DNA of 48,620 nt from Octopus bimaculoides (lineage: Eukaryota): positions 6,132,017 through 6,180,636 of the forward strand of contig NC_068990.1 in assembly GCF_001194135.2 (NCBI RefSeq). Direction: 5' to 3'. Below are positions 35,121-47,770 of the stretch, in pieces. Within the stretch, counting starts at the first letter, position 1, and the number at the start of each line of letters is the position of its first letter. The notes beneath the pieces are model-generated. The model saw only the letters and a list, made by a program, of their open reading frames with translations. It did no database searches and was not told the DNA's origin. Made by a program: the position numbers and the translations under genes.

Positions 35121-36350
35121 TCATTTATAAGGACATACTCCCGTATTTGTCTTAGAGTTGGGTCTTTTGNNNNNNNNNNNNNNNNNNNNNNNNNNNNNNN
35201 NNNNNNNNNNNNNNNNNNNNNNNNNNNNNNNNNNNNNNNNNNNNNNNNNNNNNNNNNNNNNNNNNNNNNNNNNNNNNNNNNNNNNNNNNNNNNNNNNNNN
35301 NNNNNNNNNNNNNNNNNNNNNNNNNNNNNNNNNNNNNNNNNNNNNNNNNNNNNNNNNNNNNNNNNNNNNNNNNNNNNNNNNNNNNNNNNNNNNNNNNNNN
35401 NNNNNNNNNNNNNNNNNNNNNNNNNNNNNNNNNNNNNNNNNNNNNNNNNNNNNNNNNNNNNNNNNNNNNNNNNNNNNNNNNNNNNNNNNNNNNNNNNNNN
35501 NNNNNNNNNNNNNNNNNNNNNNNNNNNNNNNNNNNNNNNNNNNNNNNNNNNNNNNNNNNNNNNNNNNNNNNNNNNNNNNNNNNNNNNNNNNNNNNNNNNN
35601 NNNNNNNNNNNNNNNNNNNNNNNNNNNNNNNNNNNNNNNNNNNNNNNNNNNNNNNNNNNNNNNNNNNNNNNNNNNNNNNNNNNNNNNNNNNNNNNNNNNN
35701 NNNNNNNNNNNNNNNNNNNNNNNNNNNNNNNNNNNNNNNNNNNNNNNNNNNNNNNNNNNNNNNNNNNCCATGGGCTGTGGCCTCTACAAACATCACTCCT
35801 TGATATCTGTCGGTTTTATACCACGTGTTTGCCTTGTTGGCTTTGTCACAAATTCTTTGTATCCTATTCCATTCTTTGTTTCTATATCTAGGGCAGGTAC
35901 CACTGGTATCATTACTTATAATCTTATCTAACCTCTTTCTAGCTCCCCTGTATACTCGAACCCTATCTTTCTTATCATATCCAGAGAACTGCATGCGGTG
36001 CATGAAGTTCTGTATATGTTTTTTCGTTTCATAGGGTTCGCATCGTGGGGAGATGTTGTTCATTATCCTAACTAAGTCTGCTATCAGTATGTTAATTTTC
36101 ATGCTGTGTGACAAAGCTGAGTTCTTGTGAACAACATGTTTTGAAGCTTTGGGTTTCATATAATACGAGTGGAGGAGCTGCACTCTATTGCTCACAGTCT
36201 CTAACCAAAGTTCAGTATCAAGTGCCGGGAGCCTATTGTTGGGGTGTTTAGTCGGGTAATCTATAGTTACCTTGATACTTTGGTGGATGGAGTTAGCTAT
36301 TTGCTGGATGCTCTCCATTACGTTCCTTTTTGTTTCTACATGACTGTCAC
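35121..36350 (-). mobile_element. Penelope-like element RT thumb/linker fragment (interrupted by N gap)
   Basis: Stop-free from ~36350 to the gap: TIDYPTKH..LPALD..LHSYYMKPKASKHVVHKNSAL..K..IL...LVRI..N.S..FMHRMQFSGY..R..CPRYRNKEW..WY..YQGVMFVEAT. Post-gap peptide KRPNSKTNTGVCPYK. Confidence 0.85.
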
Positions 36351-36354
36351 CAGA

Positions 36355-36402
36355 GTTGGTCCTAACTATGATATTAATGTTGGTCCTAACTATGACATTA
36401 AT
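36355..36402. repeat. 24-bp tandem duplication
   Basis: GTTGGTCCTAACTATGA(T/C)ATTAAT x2. Confidence 0.9.
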
Positions 36403-36519
36403 ACCCGCCACCCTAATTCTAATAGAACATTAGGAGAAACAAACAATTATCAGAGAGAAATTTATTCATTTTAAAAAACATATAACTTATTTACTTTGAT
36501 AATTTTTTATCCATTTATT

Positions 36520-37172
36520 TGATTTGGTCATTGGACTGCGCCTGTGCTTGGGCACCGCTTTAAAGTTTTTAGTCAATCAAACTGATCCCAGGACTTAATT
36601 TTTAAAAGTCTGGTACCTATTCTATCGGGGCTTTTTTTACCGAACGGAAAAGTTACATGGATATAAACAAATCAACACCGATTTCAAGCGATGGTGCGGT
36701 TAAACACAAAGACATGTGCATACACATATACATACATACATACATACTTACATTCAATGAAGGAGCTTTGGATCTAGGTTAGAAATTGGTTCTTTCTTGA
36801 TTGGCAAGAAATCTTGAAATAAACTGAATAATGACATACATACATACATATATACATACATACATACATGCATACATACATACATACATACATACATACA
36901 TACATACATACATACACACGTGAGTGCATATATATGTATGTGTGCGCATGTATGTGTGTGTGTGTGAGTGCTTGTGTGCGCTCGCTCACGCGCACTTATG
37001 TGTGAATCTATATCTGTATACACACATAGAGTTTCCAGATTCACTCTCAAGGCGCTGGCCGGTTCGGAGCTATAGTAGAAGATAATGTTCACCCAAAGTC
37101 TGCACGGTGAGACTGAACCCGACACCACGTAGTTATAAAACGAACTTCTTAACTTCACGGCTATGCTTGCGC
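36520..37172 (-). mobile_element. SINE family A, full span, with internal microsatellite and a ~90-bp insert
   Basis: 3' end GTCATTGGACTGCG..GGCACCGCTT at ~36525; head GCTATAGTAGAAG..GACTGAACCCGACACCACGT at ~37070-37165. Confidence 0.75.
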
Positions 37173-37929
37173 TTATATTACGATTATGATGACTAACGTT
37201 CTTTTTATCATTTTTTCTTTTTTTTCTTTTTTTTTGCTGAAAAATTTGACGAAACTGGATCGTTTTGGAAATGAATACCAAATAAAATTTACTTGACCGA
37301 AGGCAAATGGCAACCTCATTTGAAAGAGGCTAATGACTGTCTAACATTTTTAATGAATAGAAATGCTGCTGGTCATTTAAAATTAAAACCCCTTGTTGAT
37401 TTATCGACTGGAAAACCATATGCTCTTAAAAGGTTCAGCAATCATGCTCTACGGTTTATTGGAAATTAAATAGGAAAACGTGGATTACAAACCTTTATTT
37501 GAAGATTAGTTCAATTATTTGTCAAAGCCATCGAAAAATGACAATGGGAGATAATGCAATTAATCTTAGAGGAACTTGAAGCTTGAGAATGCATTGGAAA
37601 ATATTAATGAAGCACGGTGTGAGGTAACAGCCAGTAATACGAGAGCTGTTTAGACAAATATAATTTCTCATTATGCAAAAAAATTTCGTGGAGTTACAGG
37701 GACCGCAACAGAAATCACTCATCTTGGTTCACAACTGGTCTAAAATCGGCAATGATAGTATCAGTAAATTGCTTTGATTCGCATAGTGTAAGCCTCGATT
37801 ATGAAGATCTTTTGAATCTAAAGCAGGATCGTTCATATGATGAAGTTGATAACCAAAATAGAACATGATGCCAAGATGCAAAGGAAAGTTTTTCCATGCA
37901 TCATCCCGTGATATACCAGAACATATAAT

Positions 37930-38410
37930 CAATGATGTTTCCTGGGCTTATTATGTGCTTCAGTTCTTTCAACATCAGATACCGTCACGTAAGTGAACCA
38001 ACCGGATTTGATGAAACCCCAGCTTGTTGTGTCCACTTAGCACTACACTAGATAACACTGAATCATCCAGGACTCGCACCTCCTGATCCGTAGCCACCTT
38101 GGAGCAATCTCTGCTTCCTCCACAACCAATCTGACGGCCTTCAGCCTGCTGACCTCTGTGCTGCCGAGTATGTTGTAAGCTCTGTAGAAGAACTGGCCTG
38201 CAAACCCTCAACACCCCACCTCGATGCGATCACACCTTGTTTGCCACCCAATGCTTTGGCATAACTCCACAAGCTCAGCATATTTCCTCCTCTTAATCTT
38301 GTTAACCTACCAGGGAACAGAGGGTTCTAACAGAACGACCTGCTTGGATGGTCTGAGATCAGCACAATATCCGACCTTAGTGATGTTCAGGCCACAGTTT
38401 CTGCTTCTCT
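37930..38410 (-). mobile_element. HERO/NeSL-type LINE 3' fragment: restriction-like endonuclease plus 3' UTR
   Basis: TSLRSDIVLI..KQVVLLEPSVPW*..RRKYAELVELCQSIGWQTRCDRIEVGC*GFAG..RAYNILG..EEAEIAPRWL.IRR matches the RPDIV..ELTVPWE..K..KY..L..EVG.RGF RLE motif. Confidence 0.88.
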
Positions 38411-39189
38411 GGGATAAGGAATTTTTGAAGAAGAAAGACAGGTGATTACGTATGTTAATTCAAATTTAGAGAGGGCGGCACTCGCCAGAAGATAAACTGG
38501 AAATGAGCTCGGAACCTACAGGAGCTGCTACAATTTGAAGAAGAGAATAAAATAGAAATTAGCGTCACTAATAGGATTTTTTTCTAAAGAGCAATAAAAG
38601 CGTTTTATTTCATTGTTTTTTCCCTTTTTACATATCTTGATATAAGTCAATAAACTTATAAAGCATAAAACTGGGTCCAAATCATTAATATCCAAACGTT
38701 TTTTTCATACCCAAGGTATTTCAAAAGTTTTAAAAAATTAATATTTTTCAAAGTTTGTACATCAATTAATGACATTATATACTGTGATATTTTTGAGACG
38801 CACATTACAGACAAATTTTGTGGTTAATCTGGTTGAATATCGTATCAAGAAAGAAAATTGAAGCCCCACTCAAAACAAATATTTTATAAATATAATTTCA
38901 CTTTCGGTATTGTCTTTCAGTAAATGTTCTGTTGTAGTATTAGGTTGTTCCGAAAATAATAGCCGCTCTATGTGTTGTGTTTTTAAACGCAATTTCATCA
39001 TAGTATTTTAATTATATTTTTGGTGAATTTCAACATACTTAATAGATGATGTATGCTCTTTAATAATTTTCTACATATTTCAGACAGAAGACATTCTTGA
39101 AGCATAGGTGCCCTTAATTAAGAACATATGAATATCCACACACCTATATATACATATATGAATATACATGTGTGTGTTCGTGTGCGTGT

Positions 39190-39322
39190 GTGTGTGATGG
39201 GTTTTCAGACAGTACCCTTCCTCTACCACATTCGCTCACAAGGCATTGGTTGACCCGATGTTATACAAGAAGACACTTGCCCAAGTTGCTGTACAGTGAG
39301 ACTAAACCAGAACCCACAATGT
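39190..39322 (-). mobile_element. SINE family A head fragment
   Basis: CTCACAAGGCATTGGT..AGAAGACACTTGCCCAAG..CAGTGAGACTAAACC. Confidence 0.75.
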
Positions 39323-39590
39323 GCTTATGATTTATACAGACATATCTTCCAGAAATATGGATCGATGACAAAAGAAAATATATACAATTTGTATTGTTTT
39401 AATATGTATATTTTGCTTTATTTTTCACGTGTCATTTGGTGCATGTTTTTCAATATATTATCGCTCGAAAATTGAATTATTCTATTTCATTTAACCATTT
39501 GCTAAACTTAACGTAAAAAATATTCTCGTTTTATTGTTATATTCCTGAAATATTCTCTCCCATAGATACATACATATATGCATACATACA

Positions 39591-39628
<38 letters not shown>

Positions 39629-40086
39629 NNNNNNNNNNNNNNNNNNNNNNNNNNNNNNNNNNNNNNNNNNNNNNNNNNNNNNNNNNNNNNNNNNNNNNNN
39701 NNNNNNNNNNNNNNNNNNNNNNNNNNNNNNNNNNNNNNNNNNNNNNNNNNNNNNNNNNNNNNNNNNNNNNNNNNNNNNNNNNNNNNNNNNNNNNNNNNNN
39801 NNNNNNNNNNNNNNNNNNNNNNNNNNNNNNNNNNNNNNNNNNNNNNNNNNNNNNNNNNNNNNNNNNNNNNNNNNNNNNNNNNNNNNNNNNNNNNNNNNNN
39901 NNNNNNNNNNNNNNNNNNNNNNNNNNNNNNNNNNNNNNNNNNNNNNNNNNNNNNNNNNNNNNNNNNNNNNNNNNNNNNNNNNNNNNNNNNNNNNNNNNNN
40001 NNNNNNNNNNNNNNNNNNNNNNNNNNNNNNNNNNNNNNNNNNNNNNNNNNNNNNNNNNNNNNNNNNNNNNNNNNNNNNNNNNNNNN

Positions 40087-40139
<53 letters not shown>

Positions 40140-40223
40140 CATATGTATGTATATACATATATATATACATATATATATATATACATACATATGCATGTAT
40201 ATGTATATACATGTATATATATG

Positions 40224-40257
<34 letters not shown>

Positions 40258-40900
40258 CATATATTGTATATGTATATACGTTTGCATATGTATATATACA
40301 TATATGTGTGTATGTGTGTGTGTGTATTATACACCACACATACAGAGATAAAAGGGTTTTACAATATCAATAGTTCCTCCAACGTGCTACTTAAATATTA
40401 CAAAAAAAACTGAATGCCTTCTAAAATTAAACTAAATGACGAGGGTAAAAGAAATATTTATTTGTAGTTAGTTATAGCTAAATAATTGATTTTTCTTTTC
40501 GTTGCATAACGTTTTGCTAGACAAACAATGTTTGAAGCAAAGGAAAAAAAAGCAGAAATAAATGTATATAAAACGAGAACAGAACATTAAAACCACAATA
40601 CATGAAATAAAATATATTATTAGAAGTGGAGGGTTATAATAGTTGAGAGTGTTTGAAACCTTCCTTTGAAACTTTGAATTTTTAAACTGAATAAATAAGG
40701 TTCACAAGAGTTCAATACGATATGCAGTTATGATACAAATGCACACTCATACAGTCGCATTAGCATGCGCTTAAACGCATAAATACATGGTGTGGGTGGT
40801 GGGGAGGAATTATTCAATACAGGTATTCGAGTTTATTCGTTCATTCAAAGCTTAGAGTTCATTCATACTTTGAATTTCCCATTTCCAAAACACACGCACG

Positions 40901-40969
<69 letters not shown>

Positions 40970-41135
40970 GATGCTCGCGTGTGTGCGTACACATATAAGC
41001 ATGCAATACATATGTATGTGTTTATATACATAAATAAATGTATATAGGTATGTGTCTGTATTGTCGAAGATGCACGCACACAGACACGCGTGTCTATATT
41101 AATGAATGTGTGCATGTGTGTATATATGTGTGTCT

Positions 41136-41174
<39 letters not shown>

Positions 41175-42809
41175 GTAAAATGCAAAGTGGTGGTGGTGGT
41201 GATGGTGTTTGGATAGTGAAAAGTGTATTTCTTTTAATTGAACTGGGTTTTTATATCACCTATCACTTAACGCATGCACATTAGCGCAATTTCGTGAAAT
41301 ATTCACGATTATTTACGTGGCAGATATATGCAATTTAACAAAAGGTTGTATCATATGTACGGGATATTTCTTTTTTGTTTGTTTGTTTGTTTGTTTATGG
41401 GGGAAATGGAAAAATAAGATTGAATATTTATTCTATGAGTGCTGTGTATTAAGTCTATAAAATTGTGCGTAAAGTATATAAAGTGCACTAGGTAATCATC
41501 GTATTCGAATTTCTTTCATTTTTCAATAATCAGCAGATGAGTGACTTCCTTTCCATACAGACACAACACAGGCTATGCTTTCGGATTTTTTGGATAAAGT
41601 TTTCAGAAATAACCTAATAGGTTTACCATTAACTTCGTGAAATATTCGCGGGTCCCGGTAGTAAACATATAATTTTAACATCGATATAATAAGTAGACAA
41701 AATTGTTACACCAACAGTTTTTTTTTTTTTTATCCGAGAGCAGAAAAAATAGAAGCAACCTGACCTTCATCAGAGTAGTATACCTATCTTCGGCGCAACA
41801 TGGGCATTCGTTGAATGTTCACACTGGGGCTCAAGTAATCTGGTGAGCCTAATTTGCATAACTGACCCTTGACCCATCAATTGTCCTCTCACTATAAATA
41901 AGGAATTTATTTTCCCCACATCCAGCACTTATTCACACCCGTACATATGCGCAACTGCATGTATCCTTTAAAATCCCCTTCTCTACCTCTCTACCCACTT
42001 CTGTCTCTCTCTTCCCCTCTCATCCTTTGACCCTCACCCTTACCCTCGTTTCATCTCACAATCATACATGTAAAAAAAACTGGGTTGAAGAATTACCACT
42101 TGAATGCTGGCGTGCAGGTCATTAGCTAAGAGACCAATCTATGGAACATAATTTTGATTGGTTTAAGAGCCAAACAAGATTGTCTTTACTGTGTTTTGAC
42201 AGTCTTTTTTTATCCATATGTTTCGTTCAGATTTTTCACATCTCTGACACCCATAAACTGGATGTGGTGGTTTCATGCCTCCAGTAATAAAGAGCCCAAG
42301 TTTTTTACTCAATTATATCCGATGACTGTTAATTTACTTTTCTACACTTAGAAGGTTCTTCAACAAGAAACTGTTTGGTAACATGAATCGATTTTTATTA
42401 GAATAAATTCATAATGTTGTATAATGTATACACTTATTTATATATAACATGCACGAGCCCAAAATAGCGTTTCTCTGTGAAGGTTGCTAGCCTATGGCAC
42501 ATGCACTAAAAGTGATGTATTGTGTTATTAAAAATATTGCATTGCGCATCTTTATATCTATACAACACAAACCAAAACCCTGCTCAACTACATTACCTTT
42601 TCGCCGATTGCATATATGCGTGTGCAAATTGTTATGCTCACCTCTTTTGCAGAGGTAAGCAAATGACAAACTGCATCTTAGATTGTCTTCGCCAGTACAT
42701 TTTGATATATGTTCACTACATCATTAACATAAGTCAGTTCACTTTTGATAATGATACGATATTTGAAAAAATTTGGTGGTTTGTTCTGTGACACTTTTCA
42801 TAATAGAGA

Positions 42810-43190
42810 GAAAGCAGAGCGGCCGTGAATACAGGTAGCTGAAAGGATTTCTGGAGTAACGTCATTCGACAACGTGTGGTACACAGAGATTTAAGTCTCT
42901 CCCGCCTGAGCTGCTTCTTCTCAGCATTGAGAGGTCAAGGCTTCTGACTACAGACAAGCGATTAGAATGTCGCAGGAAGGAATCGCACGACTGATTCTTC
43001 AATTCGAGTCAACCGGTAAGAGACTTAGAGCTACGTCATAAATGAGATGGTTGAATAGTAATCAAAATCTCGTGAATCCAGCCAGAAAGCCTAATGACGG
43101 TTGCTTCTTATAAGACCCTAAGGAGGAGGTAACTGAGGTTTCTATTATTACGACACTCCCAGGGATAGTGGGCAAAGACGATGAGTGACT
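42810..43190 (+). mobile_element. RTE-type LINE 3' fragment
   Basis: IQVAERISGVTSFDNVW..PELLLLSIERSRLL..YRQAIRMSQEGIARLIL..STGKRLRATS*MRWLN matches IQAAE..G.T..D..R..LL.IERS.LRW.GHV.RM..ER..TGKRPRGRP..RW. Confidence 0.75.
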
Positions 43191-43334
43191 GGATGGATTT
43201 GTGCTTTGTTTGTCCTTTATGAATAGTTACAGGTTTGTACTTCTTTCGAACATTAAAACTTTTAAAAAAGTTTATATTTTACCATCATAGTGGATCGAAA
43301 ATATCTTTTTAAAAATAGAAAGCAATAGTAAGCG

Positions 43335-44585
43335 TGAATCCAATGAACAGTTGAAAACGAAGTCTTTTATGGTTTGTCCTTCAGGAAAACCATTTTATGA
43401 AAATGATTTATCACGTAATAGAAAACATGATCTCAATAGGCGTTACAAATCACCCCAGACTAAAAATAGAAAGGGAACTAAAGCCAGTGTTTGTGTCTGA
43501 ATTACAGAAACGATGTAAGGATGAAGCAAGAAATCAAAACACGGCATAATATATTTGTATATTATATATCTTTATTGAAATGAATTGTGGAAATTTGGCT
43601 TTGAAAGAAACATTCCACGAAATTTTATTACCGTTGATCAAACAAAACCAATACGAAAACTTTTTGTAATGAAAAAAAATTGTTAGATCTTGTATCCAAA
43701 TGTAAGCAAGATATCTTAATGATTAAAATATCAAAGGAAATTAATCTGTCAAAGCAGTTAGGAAACTCACAGAAGATATCTCTCGTGATGTATATGAATA
43801 TCTGAAAAGCTCTTTTTTCCATGTTTGGTTTTATTTTCTTAAATTTTCACTGAATCTGCCGATAAACGTGATATAGACTCCAGATAAGCACTTTCATAAG
43901 AGGAATTTATGACAATTTTACAAGTTTTGAAGAATTTATTGGTTTTAAATTGTTTCGCGGAAGAAACAAGACGATCAGACGTATTTCACAAAGTAAAGTC
44001 ATGTTTAGAAAATTTACACTTCCAGTAAATTTGTTAGGTTTTATACTGAAAGAATTCTACCGAGAGCCGATAAAGCCGTTGGGGCTACAACTTGATTTAA
44101 AGATTCTTTTAAACTGTTTCTTCTAAAATACTACAGCATTATATTCCAAGAGCTATTATGTGGGGGGAAAAAACTTTTACAGTTTGTCGAATGTTATGTT
44201 AACGATCTTGAAATGAGTGAGTAAAATTAGAACAAGAGCATTTAACGGGAGAAAATTCAGCTAATATTACAAAATGTTAAATTTGGAACACAGCAATCTT
44301 GAAATGTTCAGTTTTGCTGGAGGACAGATTCTGAATAGATTTTGGAAATTGAAATACACTGTTCATAATTTTCTAGAAGAGAAAAATGAACTGTCCAAAG
44401 AAAGAACAATTTTATGTAATAACAATTGGCTATTTAGTTGATGTGACCAGTCATCTCCATTACCTAAACTTGAAGCTACAGAGCAAGAACAAATTGTTTC
44501 CTAGTTTAGTAAATGATATGAATGCATTCACGTTGAAACATTTAGAGGTAAAACTGTTTATCTCTCAGCTATTTACCCTGATGAA
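43335..44585 (+). pseudogene. Decayed hAT (Charlie/SPIN; GTF2IRD2-like) transposase
   Basis: SGKP..LSRNRKHDLNRRY (BED-finger-like), TFIRGIYDNFTSFEEF, YSIIFQELLCG (HCIIHQE..C), KIRTRAFN.RKF, ILNRFWKLK..FLEEK, LVDVTSHL..LNLKLQSKN..LFISQL; many stops and frameshifts. Confidence 0.88.
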
Positions 44586-44694
44586 AAATAAAAGAGTAAA
44601 TGTTCTGGTGATAATGGCAATTTTTATAAACTAGGGCGAGAGAATCGGATTGCTGCAAGTCATTTGAAAGTCATTTTTGTAATCTTGCTAAATG

Positions 44695-44846
44695 AGTTTG
44701 CATAACATCGGTGGTGCGCATAGGGGAGGATGGTATGCATGGGCGATTGATAGTCTTCCATAAACAGCCTTGCTCGGATTTGTCCCTCGAAGGGTAACTT
44801 TCTAGGTGCAATCTCATGGTCATTCATGACCGAAGAGGGTCTTTTG
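44695..44846 (+). mobile_element. SINE family C 3' part
   Basis: CATAACATCGGTGG..GGTATGCATGGGCG..GGGTAACTTTCTAGGTGCAATCTCATGGTCATTCATGACCGAAG. Confidence 0.85.
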
Positions 44847-44970
44847 AGATATGTAAAAAACAATTATTGAATATACCTTTAGCATATTTGAGGCCATTAC
44901 TGCTACTAATAACAGCAAAATCATCATCAGATGCTAGATCTTTCTATTATTTCGTCCAACTCCTGTATAT

Positions 44971-45975
44971 TTATATATGTATATATGTATATATATGTGT
45001 GTGTGTTTGTACATATATATGTATATATAGATATGTGTGTGTGTGTTTATTGGAGCCCTCTCTGCTCTCTTTTCGTAGGGTTTCTTCTCTTGTTGGGGTT
45101 GCTTTTGTTGTTGGGGTTGCTTCTGTTGTTGTGGTGTGGGTAGTGCATTCCTTCTGTTTTAGTTGTGGGCAGAAGGCTTTCAGATGGTTATTCTGTCCGC
45201 ATTGATAACATCTTGGCCTTCTGCCCTCAAATGTGACGTTCAGCATAGCGCCTTCTGGAAGGTTGAGTTGGTCAGGAATTTGTTCCAAAACGTTTTGGTT
45301 TATTTGGACTATTATTTGCAATTCTTGACCAGTCCAGTTGTTTTTTGCTTGTTTCTCGACAAGGATGATTCTGATTTTATCTTCTGAGTCGAGGAGGACG
45401 GTTGCGACAATCCAGCAAGCGTTCATTTCTGTTGGTATCTCCAGTATTTTCATCTTGGCGACGCGCCGTCCCAAGTATGTTGGAACTAGGACAAGTTCAC
45501 TGTTTCTCAGCTGGGTTGTTGGGTGCTGTTTTGCTACGTCTTCTGTAGCAAATCTGACTTCAATTGTGCCATATTTCTTACCCCTCGACAGATATGTTAC
45601 GTCTTTCCAAATGGGTTGCAAGCATTTTTCAACTGCTTGTTTTGTGTCAGTTTCTGAACGTCTACTTTTTAAAGATATATTTTTGTACACTATGGTACGT
45701 TTGTTTGTATTGTGTATAATATCTGAAGGTGTGTTTATCGAAACGCATCTTTCGCTTTTTCTTTTTAACATGTTTCTGTAATCTTTGAGAGATTCTACAG
45801 AAACGTTAATGAATTCATTTCTAGGCCTTGTCATGAAAACAAAACCTTGGCTGTTTAATGCATTGGGTTGTTGTTGTTGTTGTTGTTGTTGTTGTTGAGT
45901 GTTCAATGTGTTAGTGTTAGTGGGGGTAGTGGGAGGGCTTGGATTCAGAGATGATGCGACGCTAGCAGCGTCCAT
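44971..45975 (-). CDS. L1/Tx1-type ORF1 (gag-like nucleic-acid-binding protein with CCHC zinc knuckle), ~310 uninterrupted codons before running into a microsatellite
   Basis: From ATG 45975 (MDAASVASS..): polyQ, RRM-like GTIEVRFATEDVA..PTYLGRR..VKI-type segment, VTFEGRRPRCYQCGQNNHLKAFC (CX2CX4HX4C) and a Thr-rich tail. The ORF-track extension upstream through the N gap is artefactual. Confidence 0.82.
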   Translation of the reverse strand: MDAASVASSLNPSPPTTPTNTNTLNTQQQQQQQQQQPNALNSQGFVFMTRPRNEFINVSVESLKDYRNMLKRKSERCVSINTPSDIIHNTNKRTIVYKNISLKSRRSETDTKQAVEKCLQPIWKDVTYLSRGKKYGTIEVRFATEDVAKQHPTTQLRNSELVLVPTYLGRRVAKMKILEIPTEMNACWIVATVLLDSEDKIRIILVEKQAKNNWTGQELQIIVQINQNVLEQIPDQLNLPEGAMLNVTFEGRRPRCYQCGQNNHLKAFCPQLKQKECTTHTTTTEATPTTKATPTREETLRKESREGSNKHTHTYLYIHIYVQTHTHIYTYIHI

Positions 45976-46450
45976 TAGCTGAATTTCCTTGCTCTTTTCC
46001 TCTTCTTTCTCGCGTTTCTTTTCTTTTTTTTTCCTTTTGTTGCTCAGCGTTGCACGTGCTAGCAATACTTTGGTCGTCCCTCTCTCTCTGTCTTTTAAGG
46101 CGCAGAGAGGGCGGAGACAATTAATTTTTAAACTTTTTTGGCTGTTTTCCGACAGCAGAAGAGGGGGAGTCAACAAGAAAGGAAGAGTTGACGCCCTTTT
46201 CCAAGGACNNNNNNNNNNNNNNNNNNNNNNNNNNNNNNNNNNNNNNNNNNNNNNNNNNNNNNNNNNNNNNNNNNNNNNNNNNNNNNNNNNNNNNNNNNNN
46301 NNNNNNNNNNNNNNNNNNNNNNNNNNNNNNNNNNNNNNNNNNNNNNNNNNNNNNNNNNNNNNNNNNNNNNNNNNNNNNNNNNNNNNNNNNNNNNNNNNNN
46401 NNNNNNNNNNNNNNNNNNNNNNNNNNNNNNNNNNNNNNNNNNNNNNNNNN

Positions 46451-46511
<61 letters not shown>

Positions 46512-46525
46512 TGATGATGATGATA
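46451..46525. repeat. (AAT)n then (GAT)n microsatellite at the 5' junction of the Dong element
   Basis: Direct inspection. Confidence 0.95.
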
Positions 46526-47770
46526 TCTTGCACAAAGAAATGAAAGACAAGGTCATCACTGCATATTTCAAGCGCCTCAAACTTCTCTTGAAATCAAACC
46601 TCAACGTAAGGAACCTTGTGACTGTCATCAATATATGGGCTGCTGCTGTAGTCCGCTATATTGCACTCATCCGGAAAGGATACAAGCGGAGATTGACCAA
46701 CTTGATCGCACTACCCGAAAGACAATGACAATGCATGGTGCCCTCCACCCTAAGGCAAATGTACACAGGCTGTACATGAAGAGAGGTAAGGTTGGACGTG
46801 GGCTGATTAGCGTACGGGAGTACATCGACAGTGAAAGAAGAAACATGGCAGAATATTTGGTCAACGGCAAAGGAGACCTGCTATAGTATGCTGCTAGTGC
46901 AGAAGGGGTTAACAAAAATGGACTTGAGAGTGCTCATGAATTTCGAACAAGAACAGCCAACGGGAGAGAAGAAACCCTACTCCGTATGGAATTACGTGGT
47001 CAATTCCACCGTGAAACCAACAAATTAAAAGACCAGGAAACGTCATGGAGGTGGGTCAATAAGGGTGACCTAAAAAAGAATACTGAAAGCCTAATCATCG
47101 TGGCCCAGGACCAGGCATTGAATACCAACTCAATGAAAAAGAATATATGCCAAACAGAATGTGTGGGAAGAGGGTCGAAAGTGTAACACATTGTTAGTGC
47201 TTGTAAAATCTTGTGCAGAAAGAGTACAAGTGTAGACACGACAAAGTAGCCCAAAACTTCCACTGGCTACTATGCCGTAAGTATGGATATGAGTTACGGG
47301 TGCTTGGTACCAACATACACTGGAAAAGGTAACGGACGAAAAAGAGGCTGCAAAGATCATCTTGGACTTTGATTTCCAGACAGACAAAGTGTTAGAGCAC
47401 CGAAGTAACCTTTAGGGGGGACAAACAAGAGTGCTAATAATCTACGTAGCAATGCCAGGAGATCAACACATCATCATGAAAGAAAGAGAAAAAGTTGATA
47501 AATATGGAGACCTGAGAATTGAGATCGCTAAGATGTGGCAGCTACGAGAGTCGAACATAAAGGTTATCCCTATCGTCATCGGAGCATTGGATTCAATACC
47601 ACCCAATCTGAAAAAACATCTGAAAAACTTAGAGATACCCTACAAATTAGATATATTGCAAAAGTCGGCATTACTTGGAACTGCACGCATATAGCGTAAA
47701 GTACTGTCTGAGGTACACACAATATCTTCAATCAACAACCTCACGATATTTTATACTGTGCGACGTCTAT
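46520..47770 (+). mobile_element. R4/Dong-clade LINE, 5'-truncated, frameshifted (post-RT, CCHC remnant, RLE)
   Basis: HKEMKDKV..YFKRLKLLLKSNLN..INIWA..RY; LDRTTRKTMTMHGALHPKANVHRLY.KRGKVGRGLIS; GQFHR..SWRWVNKGDLKKNTESLI..AQDQALNTN; KIILDFDFQTD; KEREKVDKYGDL..IPIVIGAL..LQKSALLGTARI*RKVL. Confidence 0.93.

Noticed and set aside
34156-35130. 324-aa C/V/Y/M-rich ORF and overlapping ORFs
   Set aside because: Translation of degenerate TG/TA repeats.
37500-37930. Moderately coding-looking plus-strand stretch (..SLDYEDLLNLKQDRSYDEVDNQ..)
   Set aside because: Multiple stops, no recognisable motif and no clear splice sites.
37955-37990. CTGATGTTGAAAGAACTGAAGCAC in the HERO 3' UTR
   Set aside because: Core deviates from the hammerhead consensus and no stem II forms.
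45976-46533. Upstream extension of the 520-aa ORF (poly-I, X run)
   Set aside because: Artefact of (AAT)n, the N gap and the 5' UTR; the real start is most likely ATG 45975.
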